A stretch of DNA of 64,000 nt from Eledone cirrhosa (taxonomy: Eukaryota): assembly GCA_964016885.1 (NCBI GenBank), contig OZ024742.1:371876001-371940000 (forward strand), written 5' to 3'. This document shows positions 42,285 through 54,441 of this stretch, piece by piece. Made by a program: the position numbers and the translations under genes. The notes under the pieces were generated by a model. It was given only the letters and a program-made list of their open reading frames with translations, was not told the origin of the DNA and did no database searches. Positions within the stretch are counted from its first letter, which is position 1. Each line of letters starts with the position of its first letter.

Positions 42285-42478
42285 ACATCAGTAGGGTTAG
42301 AGAGGCTCTGAAGGTATGGTAGCTGAAATGGGTTGCAGGAGGTTTAGAGAACTAGTCCCTCTGTTGACAATGTGGGATATCTCTCTGACTGAAGGGTAGG
42401 AGGTTATGTGATGCCTGCATGTGAGACATGGGCCTTGACCTCAGAGGAGCTGGAAGATGACAGCTGTATGAAGAGGTA
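42285..42478 (+). pseudogene. Decayed RTE-clade LINE relic (post-RT region), continued after 54625
   Basis: Fragments read as RRFRELVPLL, LCDAC, CETWALT and LEDDSCMKR. The frame resumes as YREI at 54624. Confidence 0.6.
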
Positions 42479-42647
42479 CTTTCGGGTATTCAATAATCCC
42501 CCCCCCCCTTATTAATTTTCCAGAGCCCCCCCTCTCGGCTTTACCCCTACCCCCACCTATTAATTTTGCTAATCCTTCTCTGACGAAATTTTATTTTACG
42601 TAGTAGCATTCCTGTGACAATTAATTTTATTTATACATGAAAAAACA
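42479..42647. mobile_element. Left half of a TA-flanked MITE split by the Helitron
   Basis: TA|CTTTCGGGTATTCAATAAT is an imperfect inverted repeat of ATTATTTGGGACCCAAGAG|TA at 54605-54625. Confidence 0.6.
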
Positions 42648-43104
42648 CCAGCAGAAGAACCGCCCGAAGGGCGGTTTTCTGCTAGCATGTATAGTGTGCA
42701 TATTGATATACGCAAATATATATGCGCATAGATATGATACGTAAATTGTCAATATGCACATAAACTGAACAAAGACTGTGTTACACTTACTTCTGTAATC
42801 AGTAAAGTAATCCATGATACATTTTAAAAAAAGGCGATAATGGAGATGGAAAAGTGATGAAACTGTTGACGGAATTTTCACTTGAGAATGTCGATGGGAA
42901 GCTTCAAGCAGTGAATTTGAAAATAGATGCTGCTGGTATGAATGAATGAATTACATTTACCAATATGAAGAGTTGACCTTCGCTATATTGTTGTTTTACT
43001 GTATTCACATATAGACTTCTTAAGTTTTTGTAGTGTCCCTTTTCTAGTAGTTAAAAAGAAACTGAAATGCATTTCAACTAAAAGAGAGTGATAGCTGTTT
43101 CACA

Positions 43105-44537
43105 TCACTGTAGAATTTCTTTGTAGACACAGTTGTCAGCAAACAGACCCCTTTCATTTAATATTTTTATATTTTCTTTTTTTGTAACTCGTGATAATGC
43201 AACATACATCTGACCATGTGAGAAGAATTGTGTTGGTAGATATACACCTATCTTTTCAAATGTCTGCCCTTGTGCCTTGTTGCATGTAAGGGCAAAGGCT
43301 GGTTTGACAGGAAATTGCTTGCGAGTAAAGGTGAAAGGGAACTCAAGCTCTTGAGATACATATGGTATCCTTGGTATTAGCAACCTTGTTCCAGCATTGG
43401 GATCCAATGTCACTTCAACTTCAATTACATGATTATGTAAACTGATGATGATGTAGCGTGTACCATTGCAATGCCTGTTTAGAGGATCCAGATTTCTCAG
43501 AAGCATGATGCAACTGCCTTTCTTCAGTTTAAGTATGTGTGTTGGGAAGCCTGATGGGGTAAGTTTGTTGATGAACTCAATTGGATATTGCAGTTCATTA
43601 TCTACTGTATCAGAGCTTCTGTAGATTATTTCATGACCAGGGAACTTGTTGACCATGAACTCATTCACCAATCTTGCTGCATCATTTGTTGGAGTGACAA
43701 TGGCTCTATTTGCAAGCCATAATGGGTTTGTGTAGTTTCTTGGAAGATTTGTATACACAAAATCACACAGTCCAGACACATTACCATATTCCAGACAAAG
43801 TTCATTTGGCAGAAGAATTGTGAATGCACCTACAGTTGGAACAGTTGGAATGTTACCATTTCCCACTTCAAGAAGGTAGTTTGCAAACTGTCTTTCATCA
43901 GAATCCTCTGCATTAATTAACCTTTAATTGGTTGTCATCTCCATGGTTTCCGCATAGTTCCAGAGATAGGATCTCTTGATGGTTGCCTCAACTATTTGTG
44001 TTCTAGCACCATAACGTACAACTGAAAGAATTTGCTTCCAGTCACCAGATAGTAATACTGTTAGACCACCAAATGGCTTTTTGCAATCTCGAACATCTTT
44101 GAAGCTCCTGTCAAGGCATTCAAAGATATGCTTATGTCCCATACCTATCTCATCAATGATTAGCAGGTCAGCTTGCTGCATAAGTTTACCTGTGTCATCC
44201 CTCTTTGTGAAGAAGCAAGTTGATTCAGCAGTCACATTGAGAGGAATCTTACACTTAGAATGAAGAGTTCTACCTCTGTGAAGCAAAGTGGCTGTTATTC
44301 CAGATATGGCAGTGGCAAGTGCAATTTTTGTTTAGATCGGAGGTAATCCAATAGGATGTTTATGACATAGGTCTTTCCTGTACCTACACTTGCATTCAAG
44401 CAGAAAATTCTGCCTTCATTTTCATTTACAGAGGTGATTACTTTGTGAAAAATAACCAGTTGCTCAGGATTCAATGTTGGCAGAAGTTCATTTATGTTTG
44501 CTTGCAGTTGGAGTGTATTGAAATCAGTTTCTACCAT
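43105..44537 (-). pseudogene. Helitron Pif1-family helicase domain, broken by stops and frameshifts
   Basis: SF1/Pif1 motifs VGTGKT, IIDEIGM, GDWKQ, MLLRNL...CNGTR, NKAQGQT and FSHGQMYVALSRV, spread over ORFs 44295-44537, 43924-44286 and 43105-43866. Confidence 0.95.
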
Positions 44538-47500
44538 AAGAACCCTGTTGATGGGAACAGTATGGGAACAATAGTTGGATCTGGCCGAGGAAGTTCATAG
44601 TTGGCATGAATGTCCAAGCCATCATGTTGAAGTCTTTGTTGGATCTTCTGTAGAACAATCTGCACGGTTTACATGGACATGACTTGCTCATGACGTTCAT
44701 GCATGATATCCTCTGCAACACAATTCTTCCATTTCTCCCAGAACTGCAGAGGGTCATTTGGCATGCAGTACAATAGAATGGTGCAGAAGATCTCTCGCAG
44801 CTGAGGACCAAGCGTAATGGATGAGGCCTCTTCCATAGCTTTGTCTTTTTCTCCATCTTCATCTAACAGACCAAGATTCCTGCATGCTTCTTGGAATGTT
44901 GGAAATTCAACTCCTTCAATTGTCCTCAAATCTTTGTATGAAGTTGACCCAGCCTTGTGATGTAGGATCATTCTGAGGTAATATAATTCAGATTGATGTC
45001 TACTGAGAGATACTGTTGGAATGCGTCCAAGGTATTCACTCATAAGTTGTTGATCACCATCCAGATGTCCCTTTTTTCTTCTTTGCCACTTTTTGTTTGT
45101 CCAAGTGAAATATTTAGGAATATCAATATACAATATGTTTTGTGCCAGTGGCTCTCTAATATTCAGTTGAAAATATTCCGTCAACTTAGTCATTGGCTGT
45201 CCCCTAGAAACAACACTTTCTTCCTGCCCTCGCTCATACACGACGATTTGTTCCCCAGGTAAATGGCATGGCAACTTTTCAACTGGCGGTTTTCGATGAT
45301 GTAATGGAAATTTACAGATTCTCCAGAATGCTTCACTGGCTGAGATGTACCGTGCATTGATATAGGGCTCAATCTCATCTTGGGCATGGACACAATTTCC
45401 TTGATCATCCTTAATAGTGAAAGTGATCTTGTCTGATCCTTTTGTGATGTACTTATATAAGTACTTAACAGCCTTGACACTGGACAACCTCACAATTGAT
45501 GTGGCACTGATATCTCAATGAGAGGAAAGGGTTGTATGGAACAATCCAACAATTATCAACAGTAAATTCTTGACCTTTAAGTTGGATTGTATGGGTGTGA
45601 CTACCATGCTGTCTATCCCTTCTAAGTTGGACTGTATGGGTGTGACCACCATGCTGTCTATCCCTTCTAAGTTGGACTGTATGGGTGTGACCACCATGCT
45701 GTCTATCCCTTCTAAGTTGGACTGTATGGGTGTGACCACCATGCTGTCTATCCCTTCTAAGTTGGACTGTATGGGTGTGACCGCCATGCTGTCTATCCCT
45801 TCTAAGTTGGACTGTATGGGTGTGACCACCATGCTGTCTATCCCTTCTAAGTTGGATTGTATGGGTGTGACCACCATGCTGTCTATCCCTTCTAAGTTGG
45901 ATTGTATGGGTGTGACCACCATGCTGTCTATCCCTTCTAAGTTGGATTGTATGGGTGTGACCACCATGCTGTCTATCCCTTCTAAGTTGGATTGTATGGG
46001 TGTGACCACCATGCTGTCTATCCCTTCTAAGTTGGATTGTATGGGTGTGACCACCATGCTGTCTATCCCTTCTAAGTTGGACTGTATGGGTGTGACCACC
46101 ATGCTGTCTATCCCTTCTAAGTTGGACTGTATGGGTGTGACCACCATGCTGTCTATCCCTTCTAAGTTGGACTGTATGGGTGTGACCACCATGCTGTCTA
46201 TCTCTTCTAAGTTGGACTGTATGGGTGTGACCACCATGCTGTCTATCCCTTCTAAGTTGGACTGTATGGGTGTGACCACCATGCTGTCTATCCCTTCTAA
46301 GTTGGATTGTATGGGTGTGACCACCATGCTGTCGATCCCTTCTAAGTTGGACTGTATGGGTGTGACCACCATGCTGTCTATCCCTTCTAAGTTGGATTGT
46401 ATGGGTGTGACCACCATGCTGTCTATCCCTTCTAAGTTGGACTGTATGGGTGTGACCACCATGCTGTCTATCCCTTCTAAGTTGGACTGTATGGGTGTGA
46501 CCACCATGCTGTCTATCCCTTCTAAGTTGGATTGTGTGGGTGTGACCACCATGCTGTCTATCCCTTCTAAGTTGGACTGTATGGGTGTAACCACCATGCT
46601 GTCTATCCCTTCTAAGTTGGACTGTATGGGTGTGACCACCATGCTGTCTATCCCTTCTAAGTTGGACTGTATGGGTGTGACCACCATGCTGTCTATCCCT
46701 TCTAAGTTGGATTGTGTGGGTGTGACCACCATGCTGTCTATCCCTTCTAAGTTGGACTGTATGGGTGTGACCACCATGCTGTCTATCCCTTCTAAGTTGG
46801 ACTGTATGGGTGTGACCACCATGCTGTCTATCCCTTCTAAGTTGGATTGTGTGGGTGTGACCACCATGCTGTCTATCCCTTCTAAGTTGGACTGTATGGG
46901 TGTGACCACCATGCTGTCTATCCCTTCTAAGTTGGACTGTATGGGTGTGACCACCATGCTGTCTATCCCTTCTAAGTTGGCTTGTGTAGGTGTGACCACC
47001 ATGCTGTCTATCCCTTCTAAGTTGGACTGTATGGGTGTGACCACCATGCTGTCTATCCCTTCTAAGTTGGATTGTGTGGGTGTGACCACCATGCTGTCTA
47101 TCCCTTCTAAGTTGGACTGTATGGGTGTGACCACCATGCTGTCTATCCCTTCTAAGTTGGACTGTATGGGTGTGACCACCATGCTGTCTATCCCTTCTAA
47201 GTTGGATTGTGTGGGTGTGACCACCATGCTGTCTATCCCTTCTAAGTTGGACTGTATGGGTGTGACCACCATGCTGTCTATCCCTTCTAAGTTGGACTGT
47301 ATGGGTGTGACCACCATGCTGTCTATCCCTTCTAAGTTGGACTGTATGGGTGTGACCACCATGCTGTCTATCCCTTCTAAGTTGGATTGTATGGGTGTGA
47401 CCACCATGCTGTCTATCCCTTCTAAGTTGGATTGTATGGGTGTGACCACCATGCTGTCTATCCCTTCTAAGTTGGATTGTATGGGTGTGACCACCATGCT

Positions 47501-50500
47501 GTCTATCCCTTCTAAGTTGGATTGTATGGGTGTGACCACCATGCTGTCTATCCCTTCTAAGTTGGATTGTATGGGTGTGACCACCATGCTGTCTATCCCT
47601 TCTAAGTTGGACTGTATGGGTGTGACCACCATGCTGTCTATCCCTTCTAAGTTGGACTGTATGGGTGTGACCACCATGCTGTCTATCCCTTCTAAGTTGG
47701 ACTGTATGGGTGTGACCACCATGCTGTCTATCTCTTCTAAGTTGGACTGTATGGGTGTGACCACCATGCTGTCTATCCCTTCTAAGTTGGACTGTATGGG
47801 TGTGACCACCATGCTGTCTATCCCTTCTAAGTTGGATTGTATGGGTGTGACCACCATGCTGTCTATCCCTTCTAAGTTGGACTGTATGGGTGTGACCACC
47901 ATGCTGTCTATCCCTTCTAAGTTGGATTGTATGGGTGTGACCACCATGCTGTCTATCCCTTCTAAGTTGGACTGTATGGGTGTGACCACCATGCTGTCTA
48001 TCCCTTCTAAGTTGGACTGTATGGGTGTGACCACCATGCTGTCTATCCCTTCTAAGTTGGATTGTGTGGGTGTGACCACCATGCTGTCTATCCCTTCTAA
48101 GTTGGACTGTATGGGTGTGACCACCATGCTGTCTATCCCTTCTAAGTTGGACTGTATGGGTGTGACCACCATGCTGTCTATCCCTTCTAAGTTGGACTGT
48201 ATGGGTGTGACCACCATGCTGTCTATCCCTTCTAAGTTGGATTGTGTGGGTGTGACCACCATGCTGTCTATCCCTTCTAAGTTGGACTGTATGGGTGTGA
48301 CCACCATGCTGTCTATCCCTTCTAAGTTGGACTGTATGGGTGTGACCACCATGCTGTCTATCCCTTCTAAGTTGGATTGTGTGGGTGTGACCACCATGCT
48401 GTCTATCCCTTCTAAGTTGGACTGTATGGGTGTGACCACCATGCTGTCTATCCCTTCTAAGTTGGCTTGTGTAGGTGTGACCACCATGCTGTCTATCCCT
48501 TCTAAGTAGGACTGTATGGGTGTGACCACCATGCTGTCTATCCCTTCTAAGTTGGATTGTGTGGGTGTGACCACCATGCTGTCTATCCCTTCTAAGTTGG
48601 ACTGTATGGGTGTGACCACCATGCTGTCTATCCCTTCTAAGTTGGACTGTATGGGTGTGACCACCATGCTGTCTATCCCTTCTAAGTTGGATTGTGTGGG
48701 TGTGACCACCATGCTGTCTATCCCTTCTAAGTTGGACTGTATGGGTGTGACCACCATGCTGTCTATCCCTTCTAAGTTGGACTGTATGGGTGTGACCACC
48801 ATGCTGTCTATCCCTTCTAAGTTGGATTGTGTGGGTGTGACCACCATGCTGTCTATCCCTTCTAAGTTGGACTGTATGGGTGTGACCACCATGCTGTCTA
48901 TCCCTTCTAAGTTGGACTGTATGGGTGTGACCACCATGCTGTCTATCCCTTCTAAGTTGGACTGTATGGGTGTGACCACCATGCTGCCTATCCCTTCTAA
49001 GTTGGATTGTGTGGGTGTGACCACCATGCTGTCTATCCCTTCTAAGTTGGACTGTATGGGTGTGACCACCATGCTGTCTATCCCTTCTAAGTTGGACTGT
49101 ATGGGTGTGACCACCATGCTGTCTATCCCTTCTAAGTTGGACTGTATGGGTGTGACCACCATGCTGTCTATCCCTTCTAAGTTGGACTGTATGGGTGTGA
49201 CCACCATGCTGTCTATCCCTTCTAAGTTGGATTGTATGGGTGTGACCACCATGCTGTCTATCCCTTCTAAGTTGGATTGTATGGGTGTGACCACCATGCT
49301 GTCTATCCCTTCTAAGTTGGATTGTATGGGTGTGACCACCATGCTGTCTATCCCTTCTAAGTTGGACTGTATGGGTGTGACCACCATGCTGTCTATCCCT
49401 TCTAAGTTGGACTGTATGGGTGTGACCACCATGCTGTCTATCCCTTCTAAGTTGGACTGTATGGGTGTGACCACCATGCTGTCTATCCCTTCTAAGTTGG
49501 ATTGTATGGGTGTGACCACCATGCTGTCTATCCCTTCTATGGGTGTGACCACCATGCTGTCTATCCCTTCTAAGTTGGATTGTATGGGTGTGACCACCAT
49601 GCTGTCTATCCCTTCTAAGTTGGATTGTATGGGTGTGACCACCATGCTGTCTATCCCTTCTAAGTTGGATTGTATGGGTGTGACCACCATGCTGTCTATC
49701 CCTTCTAAGTTGGACTGTATGGGTGTGACCACCATGCTGTCTATCCCTTCTAAGTTGGATTGTATGGGTGTGACCACCATGCTGTCTATCCCTTCTATGG
49801 GTGTGACCACCATGCTGTCTATCCCTTCTAAGTTGGACTGTATGGGTGTGACCACCATGCTGTCTATCCCTTCTAAGTTGGACTGTATGGGTGTGACCAC
49901 CATGCTGTCTATCCCTTCTAAGTTGGATTGTATGGGTGTGACCACCATGCTGTCTATCCCTTCTAAGTTGGACTGTATGGGTGTGACCACCATGCTGTCT
50001 ATCCCTTCTAAGTTGGATTGTATGGGTGTGACCACCATGCTGTCTATCCCTTCTATGGGTGTGACCACCATGCTGTCTATCCCTTCTAAGTTGGACTGTA
50101 TGGGTGTGACCACCATGCTGTCTATCCCTTCTAAGTTGGACTGTATGGGTGTGACCACCATGCTGTCTATCCCTTCTATGGGTGTGACCCCCATGCTGTC
50201 TATCCCTTATTCTATACCCCGGAAATGTGGTTTGTCTGAATGCCTTGAGATAACTTTTTGAGCAATGGAGTTGTTGTCCTAGCCCTTCCATACATGGGCA
50301 CATCATATTAGCTTGTCCACATGGGCCATGAATGTTGCAGGATGCGATGATCTTATGCAGAATTGGATTGGTCACTTTATCAGGAATCTCACAGTACACT
50401 ACCTGATCAATGGCATCAGCAGTTTTGGGCTTGCTATCTTCAGCCTCTCTATTCTAGCAGAATGAGCCACAACATTTGCTAGGATATTTTTTTCAGTATG

Positions 50501-51680
50501 TCATCCATGAGGCTGTCATACTTGATCTTGAAGACTCTTGCACAAATATCAGGACGGTCTCTAGGTTCTTCACTAGGGTGCAAACTATTTTTTATTTCAT
50601 CCCAGTTAGGGTTAGTTGTTACTGTGATGAAATAAGATGGCTTTCCCATGTGTCGAACCACAGTCATCGAATTCTGAAAGCACTCACTGTAGAAGCGAGG
50701 TGAACCATAGATTGAAGGAGGAAGAACAATTTTCCGGCCTGCATTTACTGAATCTCCTTCAGCCACAGCATCATACAAACCCGCATACTTTTCAGCTCGT
50801 ATCATGGTTTGATTGTTGTGGGCCCATTTGAGGTGACAATGTTCTATTTTTGCCTGGACATCTACAGCATATTGCTGCATCAGCCGCCTGCTCTTCATGA
50901 TAATGTTACAGTCACCTTGTCTAACCTGAAACCGATAACAGTAGAAATCAGTGGGTGTGAGTGTGTGGTTGTTGTCAATCCTTTTCAAACCAACCTGAAA
51001 CCCACCATTCCCCCAAGGAAACAGCATCACGTAATGCAGAGGATCATAAGAACGGTGCAACTGGTGAATCCTCTGAAGACCACCATCTCGTTTATGAATG
51101 ATCACATCCAAAAGACCTAATGCTGTATCAGGGAAGATTATATGTGCGACAATGAAAATCAGTGGGTTTTACTTTATCAGCATGTAGGACAATATTCACA
51201 TTTTCAGAGACTGGCATTTCAATGACTGACTTGAAGCTTCTTATATCGGTGTTGCAGTAGTGCAAGTCTTCCTGCAGGTCCTGCAGGACAGCAGCATTTA
51301 AATTAGCATGATGCAAGCGATTCTGAAGCTCATGATCTGTATCATAGAAGTAAAGCTGCGCAAACTTGGGTGAAGCATCACTTGGAAGTAGTGATCCAAT
51401 AATATGACAAAACTTACCTTGGATCTTAAATGTAGGACTAAATCCTGGTGCTTTAATCTCTTTGCAACCAATTGAAGCTAAGGCAAGCACGTTGTTATAT
51501 GTCCGTATCTTATGGAGAAAAGAATTTCCTGCTTGATTGATATCGAAATATTTTAGTATATTTGGTGGAGGAGGAGGAGGAAGTTGAGGGAGTTGCACTT
51601 TTCCCTGGATGCAGCACAGAGATTTGGGTTCATGTGGCCAGCGATAAGCTTTGCAGTGCGGACAAACAGATGCAAAGAGA
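44524..51680 (-). pseudogene. Helitron Rep region and N-terminal zinc finger, fragmented and interrupted by a 45-bp array
   Basis: CPHCKA..LCCIQGKVQLP (~51590-51670), PKFAQLYFYD, SYDPLHYVMLFP, GKPSYFITVTTNPNWDEI, HGPCG, DNCWIVPYNP..HINCEV, YLYKYITKG, YYLRMIL and TFQEAC. Confidence 0.93.
45578..50208 (-). repeat. 45-bp coding-derived minisatellite (~100 copies, four 30-bp variants) inside Helitron Rep
   Basis: Plus-strand unit TAAGTTGGAYTGTATGGGTGTGACCACCATGCTGTCTATCCCTTC encodes RRDRQHGGHTHT(V/I)QL in the Rep frame, between FPGYR and KGQEFTVDNCWIVPYNP. Confidence 0.96.
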
Positions 51681-51681
51681 C

Positions 51682-52350
51682 TCCCATTCTTACCCTAGTT
51701 CTTGTACTTTCTGAACACCCACCTCCGCTGCTAATTCGGTCACCTAGGTAGCAAAAGCTGTCTACTGTTTCTACAGAGCCCTCCCAGAGATTGGTAGTAC
51801 TTGTTTCCTGTGGCTGTTTGCTGCTTGCTGTCCCAGCACAGCTGCTGCATGTAAAGCCTACATTCTTAATTAAGCTTCCTGAGATCCCGCTACATCTCTT
51901 GTGTACCCATTGTTTGCATTTGGGGCAGAGAATGGAGTTCCTACCTACACCTTTCCTACATACTGAGCAAGGCCATTTCCCTGAGGGGATCTGGGTTCTG
52001 TTTTCTCGTCTACTTACAAGTCTTTGTCATGTTGACTTTGAGACCCTTTCTTTCTAGTCCCTGCTTCTAAGTTTGGAATTTCTTCTCTAGTTCTACCATA
52101 GATTCACCTATAAGTGCGAGGTCATCAACATACAGGAGTTCCCATGGGCATCCGGTCTTAAACTCCTCCGTTATTGCCTGCAGGACTATGATGAACAGGA
52201 GAGGGCTAAGAACAGAGCCCTGGTGGACACCAAAATGTACACTAAATTCCTCGCTATACTCATTGCTAGTCCTAACTTTGCTGACTGCTCCCCTATACAT
52301 GGCTTGTACAGCTTTCACAAGCCATTCATCTACTCCTAGTTTTCTAAGAG
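51682..52350 (-). pseudogene. RTE-clade LINE reverse-transcriptase fragment nested in the Helitron
   Basis: GVHQGSVLSPLLF and LLYVDDLAL (RT motifs; YADD variant), followed by a Cys-rich CPKCKQWVHKRCSG segment and VDSFCYLGDRISSGGGCSES. Stops are present. Confidence 0.9.
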
Positions 52351-52358
52351 CCCCTCAC

Positions 52359-52398
<40 letters not shown>

Positions 52399-52481
52399 AT
52401 AATAATAAATTTGAAGACTAAAATCCAACGAGGGCTTGATAAGGATAAATATATATCAAATATATAAGAAGCGTAGAGCAA

Positions 52482-52618
52482 ATATTTATTAAAATAACAG
52501 ATTAAAGTTTAAGCAAAGAATCGGTACTTTCACCCTTAACGGGATCTTCAGAAGATCCCGTTAAGGGTGAAAGCAGCGATTCTTTGCTTAAACTTTAATC
52601 TGTTATTTTAATAAATAT
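52482..52618. repeat. Near-perfect palindrome (68-bp arms, 1-nt centre at 52550), possibly a Penelope-like element end
   Basis: Arms are reverse complements except for 2 mismatches. Flanked by (TA)n. The minus strand has CTGAAGA-TCCC-GTTAA-GGGT-GAAA and a downstream AATAAA. Confidence 0.8.
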
Positions 52619-52630
52619 ATATATATATAT

Positions 52631-52967
52631 ATGGAGGCACATGGCTTAGTGGTTAGAGCATTGGGCTTGCAATCGAAACGTTGTGAGTTCAATTCTCAGA
52701 CCGGGTGATGTGTTGTTTCCTTGAGCAAGACACTTTATTTCACATTGTTCCAGTTTACTCAGCTGTAGAAATGAGATGATAGGACTGGGGTCCCTATCAT
52801 TCCACTGCAAAGTGATCGTGGAGGTGCCACGGCAAAAAAGCACCCACCACTCACTGTAAATGAGGTTGGTGTTAGGAAGGGCATCCAGCTGTAGAAATCA
52901 AGCCAGCATCAGTTCCCGTCCCACCCTTGCAAGCAGGGAAAAAGCGGACGTAAAATGAAATGATGAT
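52631..52967 (+). mobile_element. Intact-looking family-A tRNA-derived SINE (reference copy)
   Basis: A-box TGGCTTAGTGG, B-box GAGTTCAATTC, body TTCCTTGAGCAAGACACTTT, tail AAAAGCGGACGTAAAATGAAATGATGA. Sits in a (TA)n tract. Confidence 0.92.
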
Positions 52968-52980
52968 ATATATATATATA

Positions 52981-53871
52981 CAGGGTGTGGACGATATTTG
53001 TTCGCAAGATTACTGTCTAGGAAAAAATAACACAGTAGTTTTATTTTTAAAGATTTATTTATCAAACTTGGGTCAGTTTGTCTTCATGACTTGTTCTTTT
53101 GATCTCACTCGATAAACCCGCCATTGGCATTGATGACGACCTCGGAACTGGTTACAGGCCTTCATCACTGTCCCCAACTTAGGCCCCTAAAGGCACTTGT
53201 GATCCTGGCCTTCAGATCGTCTTTCGTATTGCAGCTAGATCTGTTGGTGTCTCGTTCCACTGCGCCCCACACAAAGAAGTCGAGGGGGTTGCAGTCAGGC
53301 GAGCTGGGAGGCCAGATGGCAGGTGAAGTGTGGTCAACGAAGTTCTCTGGCAGCCAGGCTTGGGTCTTTCGGCTGGTATGGCAGGGCGGTGAGTCTTGCT
53401 GCCACACGTACGGCCTACCTGCAGCTACCTGGTCGATCCAGGGCTTTACTACCTCGCTCAGAACGTGGATGTAGCCATCAGTGTTCAGCTTGATACCCTC
53501 AGGGAAGAAGTGAGGTGGCATGACGTCACCTTGACTGCTGACAACACCTAAGACCAATGTTGTCGCTGGAAACTTTGTCTGCATGACTCTGGGTACGTCT
53601 TTGGATGAGACAGCGAGCCACCTGTTGTTCTGGGAGTTGATCTTCTGGTCTTGGCAGAAGTTTTTTTGTCCTCCCGGCGCAGATTCCAAGAAGAACTCCG
53701 TGTCTCTTCCACAAATTTGGAGGTTCAAAATTATTCATAATCAATTATTCTGAAAATAAATAATGGAAATATACTCACTGCTTTTATGAAGACAAGTGTG
53801 ACAACGGAAGTAAATAAAATTTGCATAAAATTAGCAGTTGAAAATTGCGAACAAATATCGTCCACACCTTG
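52981..53871 (-). mobile_element. Internally deleted Tc1/mariner DD37D (maT-like) DNA transposon
   Basis: TIRs CAGGGTGTGGACGATATTTGTTCGCAA and TTGCGAACAAATATCGTCCACACCTTG, each flanked by TA. Confidence 0.92.
53165..53737 (-). pseudogene. DD37D transposase remnant lacking the DNA-binding region and first catalytic Asp
   Basis: VWQQDSPPCH...WPPSSPDCNPLDFFVWG has 37 residues between the two Asp. The N-terminal ~25 codons jump directly to KNFCQDQKINSQNNRW. Confidence 0.88.
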
Positions 53872-54275
53872 TATATGTATATATATAGCTGACATGGAGA
53901 AAATAAATCTTTGAAATATGTATTATTGTCTGTTATTCGAACACCAGAGAGAGTAGCATGAGGTAGTCATAACAACAACAGTGGTAGCAGCAAAACAATA
54001 TATATATGAAAACAATATATATATATATATGTCACAGTCGCTCCTCTCTTTATAGACTCACACATACAATCTCTCTTCCTCACTCTAGCAATTTTATAAC
54101 CTGAAAAAAATTCAAATCGTTTCATCTTTTTCTTTCACTCTCTCTCTCTATAGTATAGATATACCGGAAGTATTGAAATTTGAATCTTTTAAAAGAAGTG
54201 AATCTTGAATAATATTTTTAATATATGTTTAATCATGTGTTACAAAATCTAGTAGATAAATTATGTAATATTCAT

Positions 54276-54351
54276 ACGGGGTCGATAAAATAAAGTACCA
54301 GTAATGCACTGGGTAATTGCTGGCCTTGTGCCTAAAGTAGAAACAATTATT
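54276..54351 (+). mobile_element. Family-B SINE 3' fragment inside the Helitron 5' region
   Basis: GGGGTCGATAAAATAAAGTACCAGTAATGCACTGGGTAATTGCTGGCCTTGTGCCTAAAGTAGAAACAATTATT matches the 3' half of the SINE at 42073-42260. Confidence 0.85.
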
Positions 54352-54441
54352 TATTCAAAGTAATCCAACTTATTTTACAAATGGGATAAACAGTTATATT
54401 CTGGACGCAGTCCCGCGCTCCTTGCTTTATTATAGTTTAGA

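Larger units (their letters stand above)
42648..54441 (-). mobile_element. Full-length decayed Helitron (~11.8 kb including nested insertions)
   Basis: 5' end A|TCTAAACTATAATAAAG at 54441. 3' end hairpin AACCGCCC-TTC-GGGCGGTT followed by CTGG|T at 42648. RepHel coding fragments lie on the same strand. Both ends are homologous to the element at 55364-56096. Confidence 0.85.

Noticed and set aside
1-50208. CRISPR arrays
   Set aside because: Units are contiguous with no unique spacers, there are no cas genes, and the context is eukaryotic.
45515-50261. 1559-, 979- and 581-aa repeat proteins in alternative frames
   Set aside because: Shadow frames of a stop-free 45-bp unit. Only the RRDRQHGG frame joins Rep sequence on both sides.
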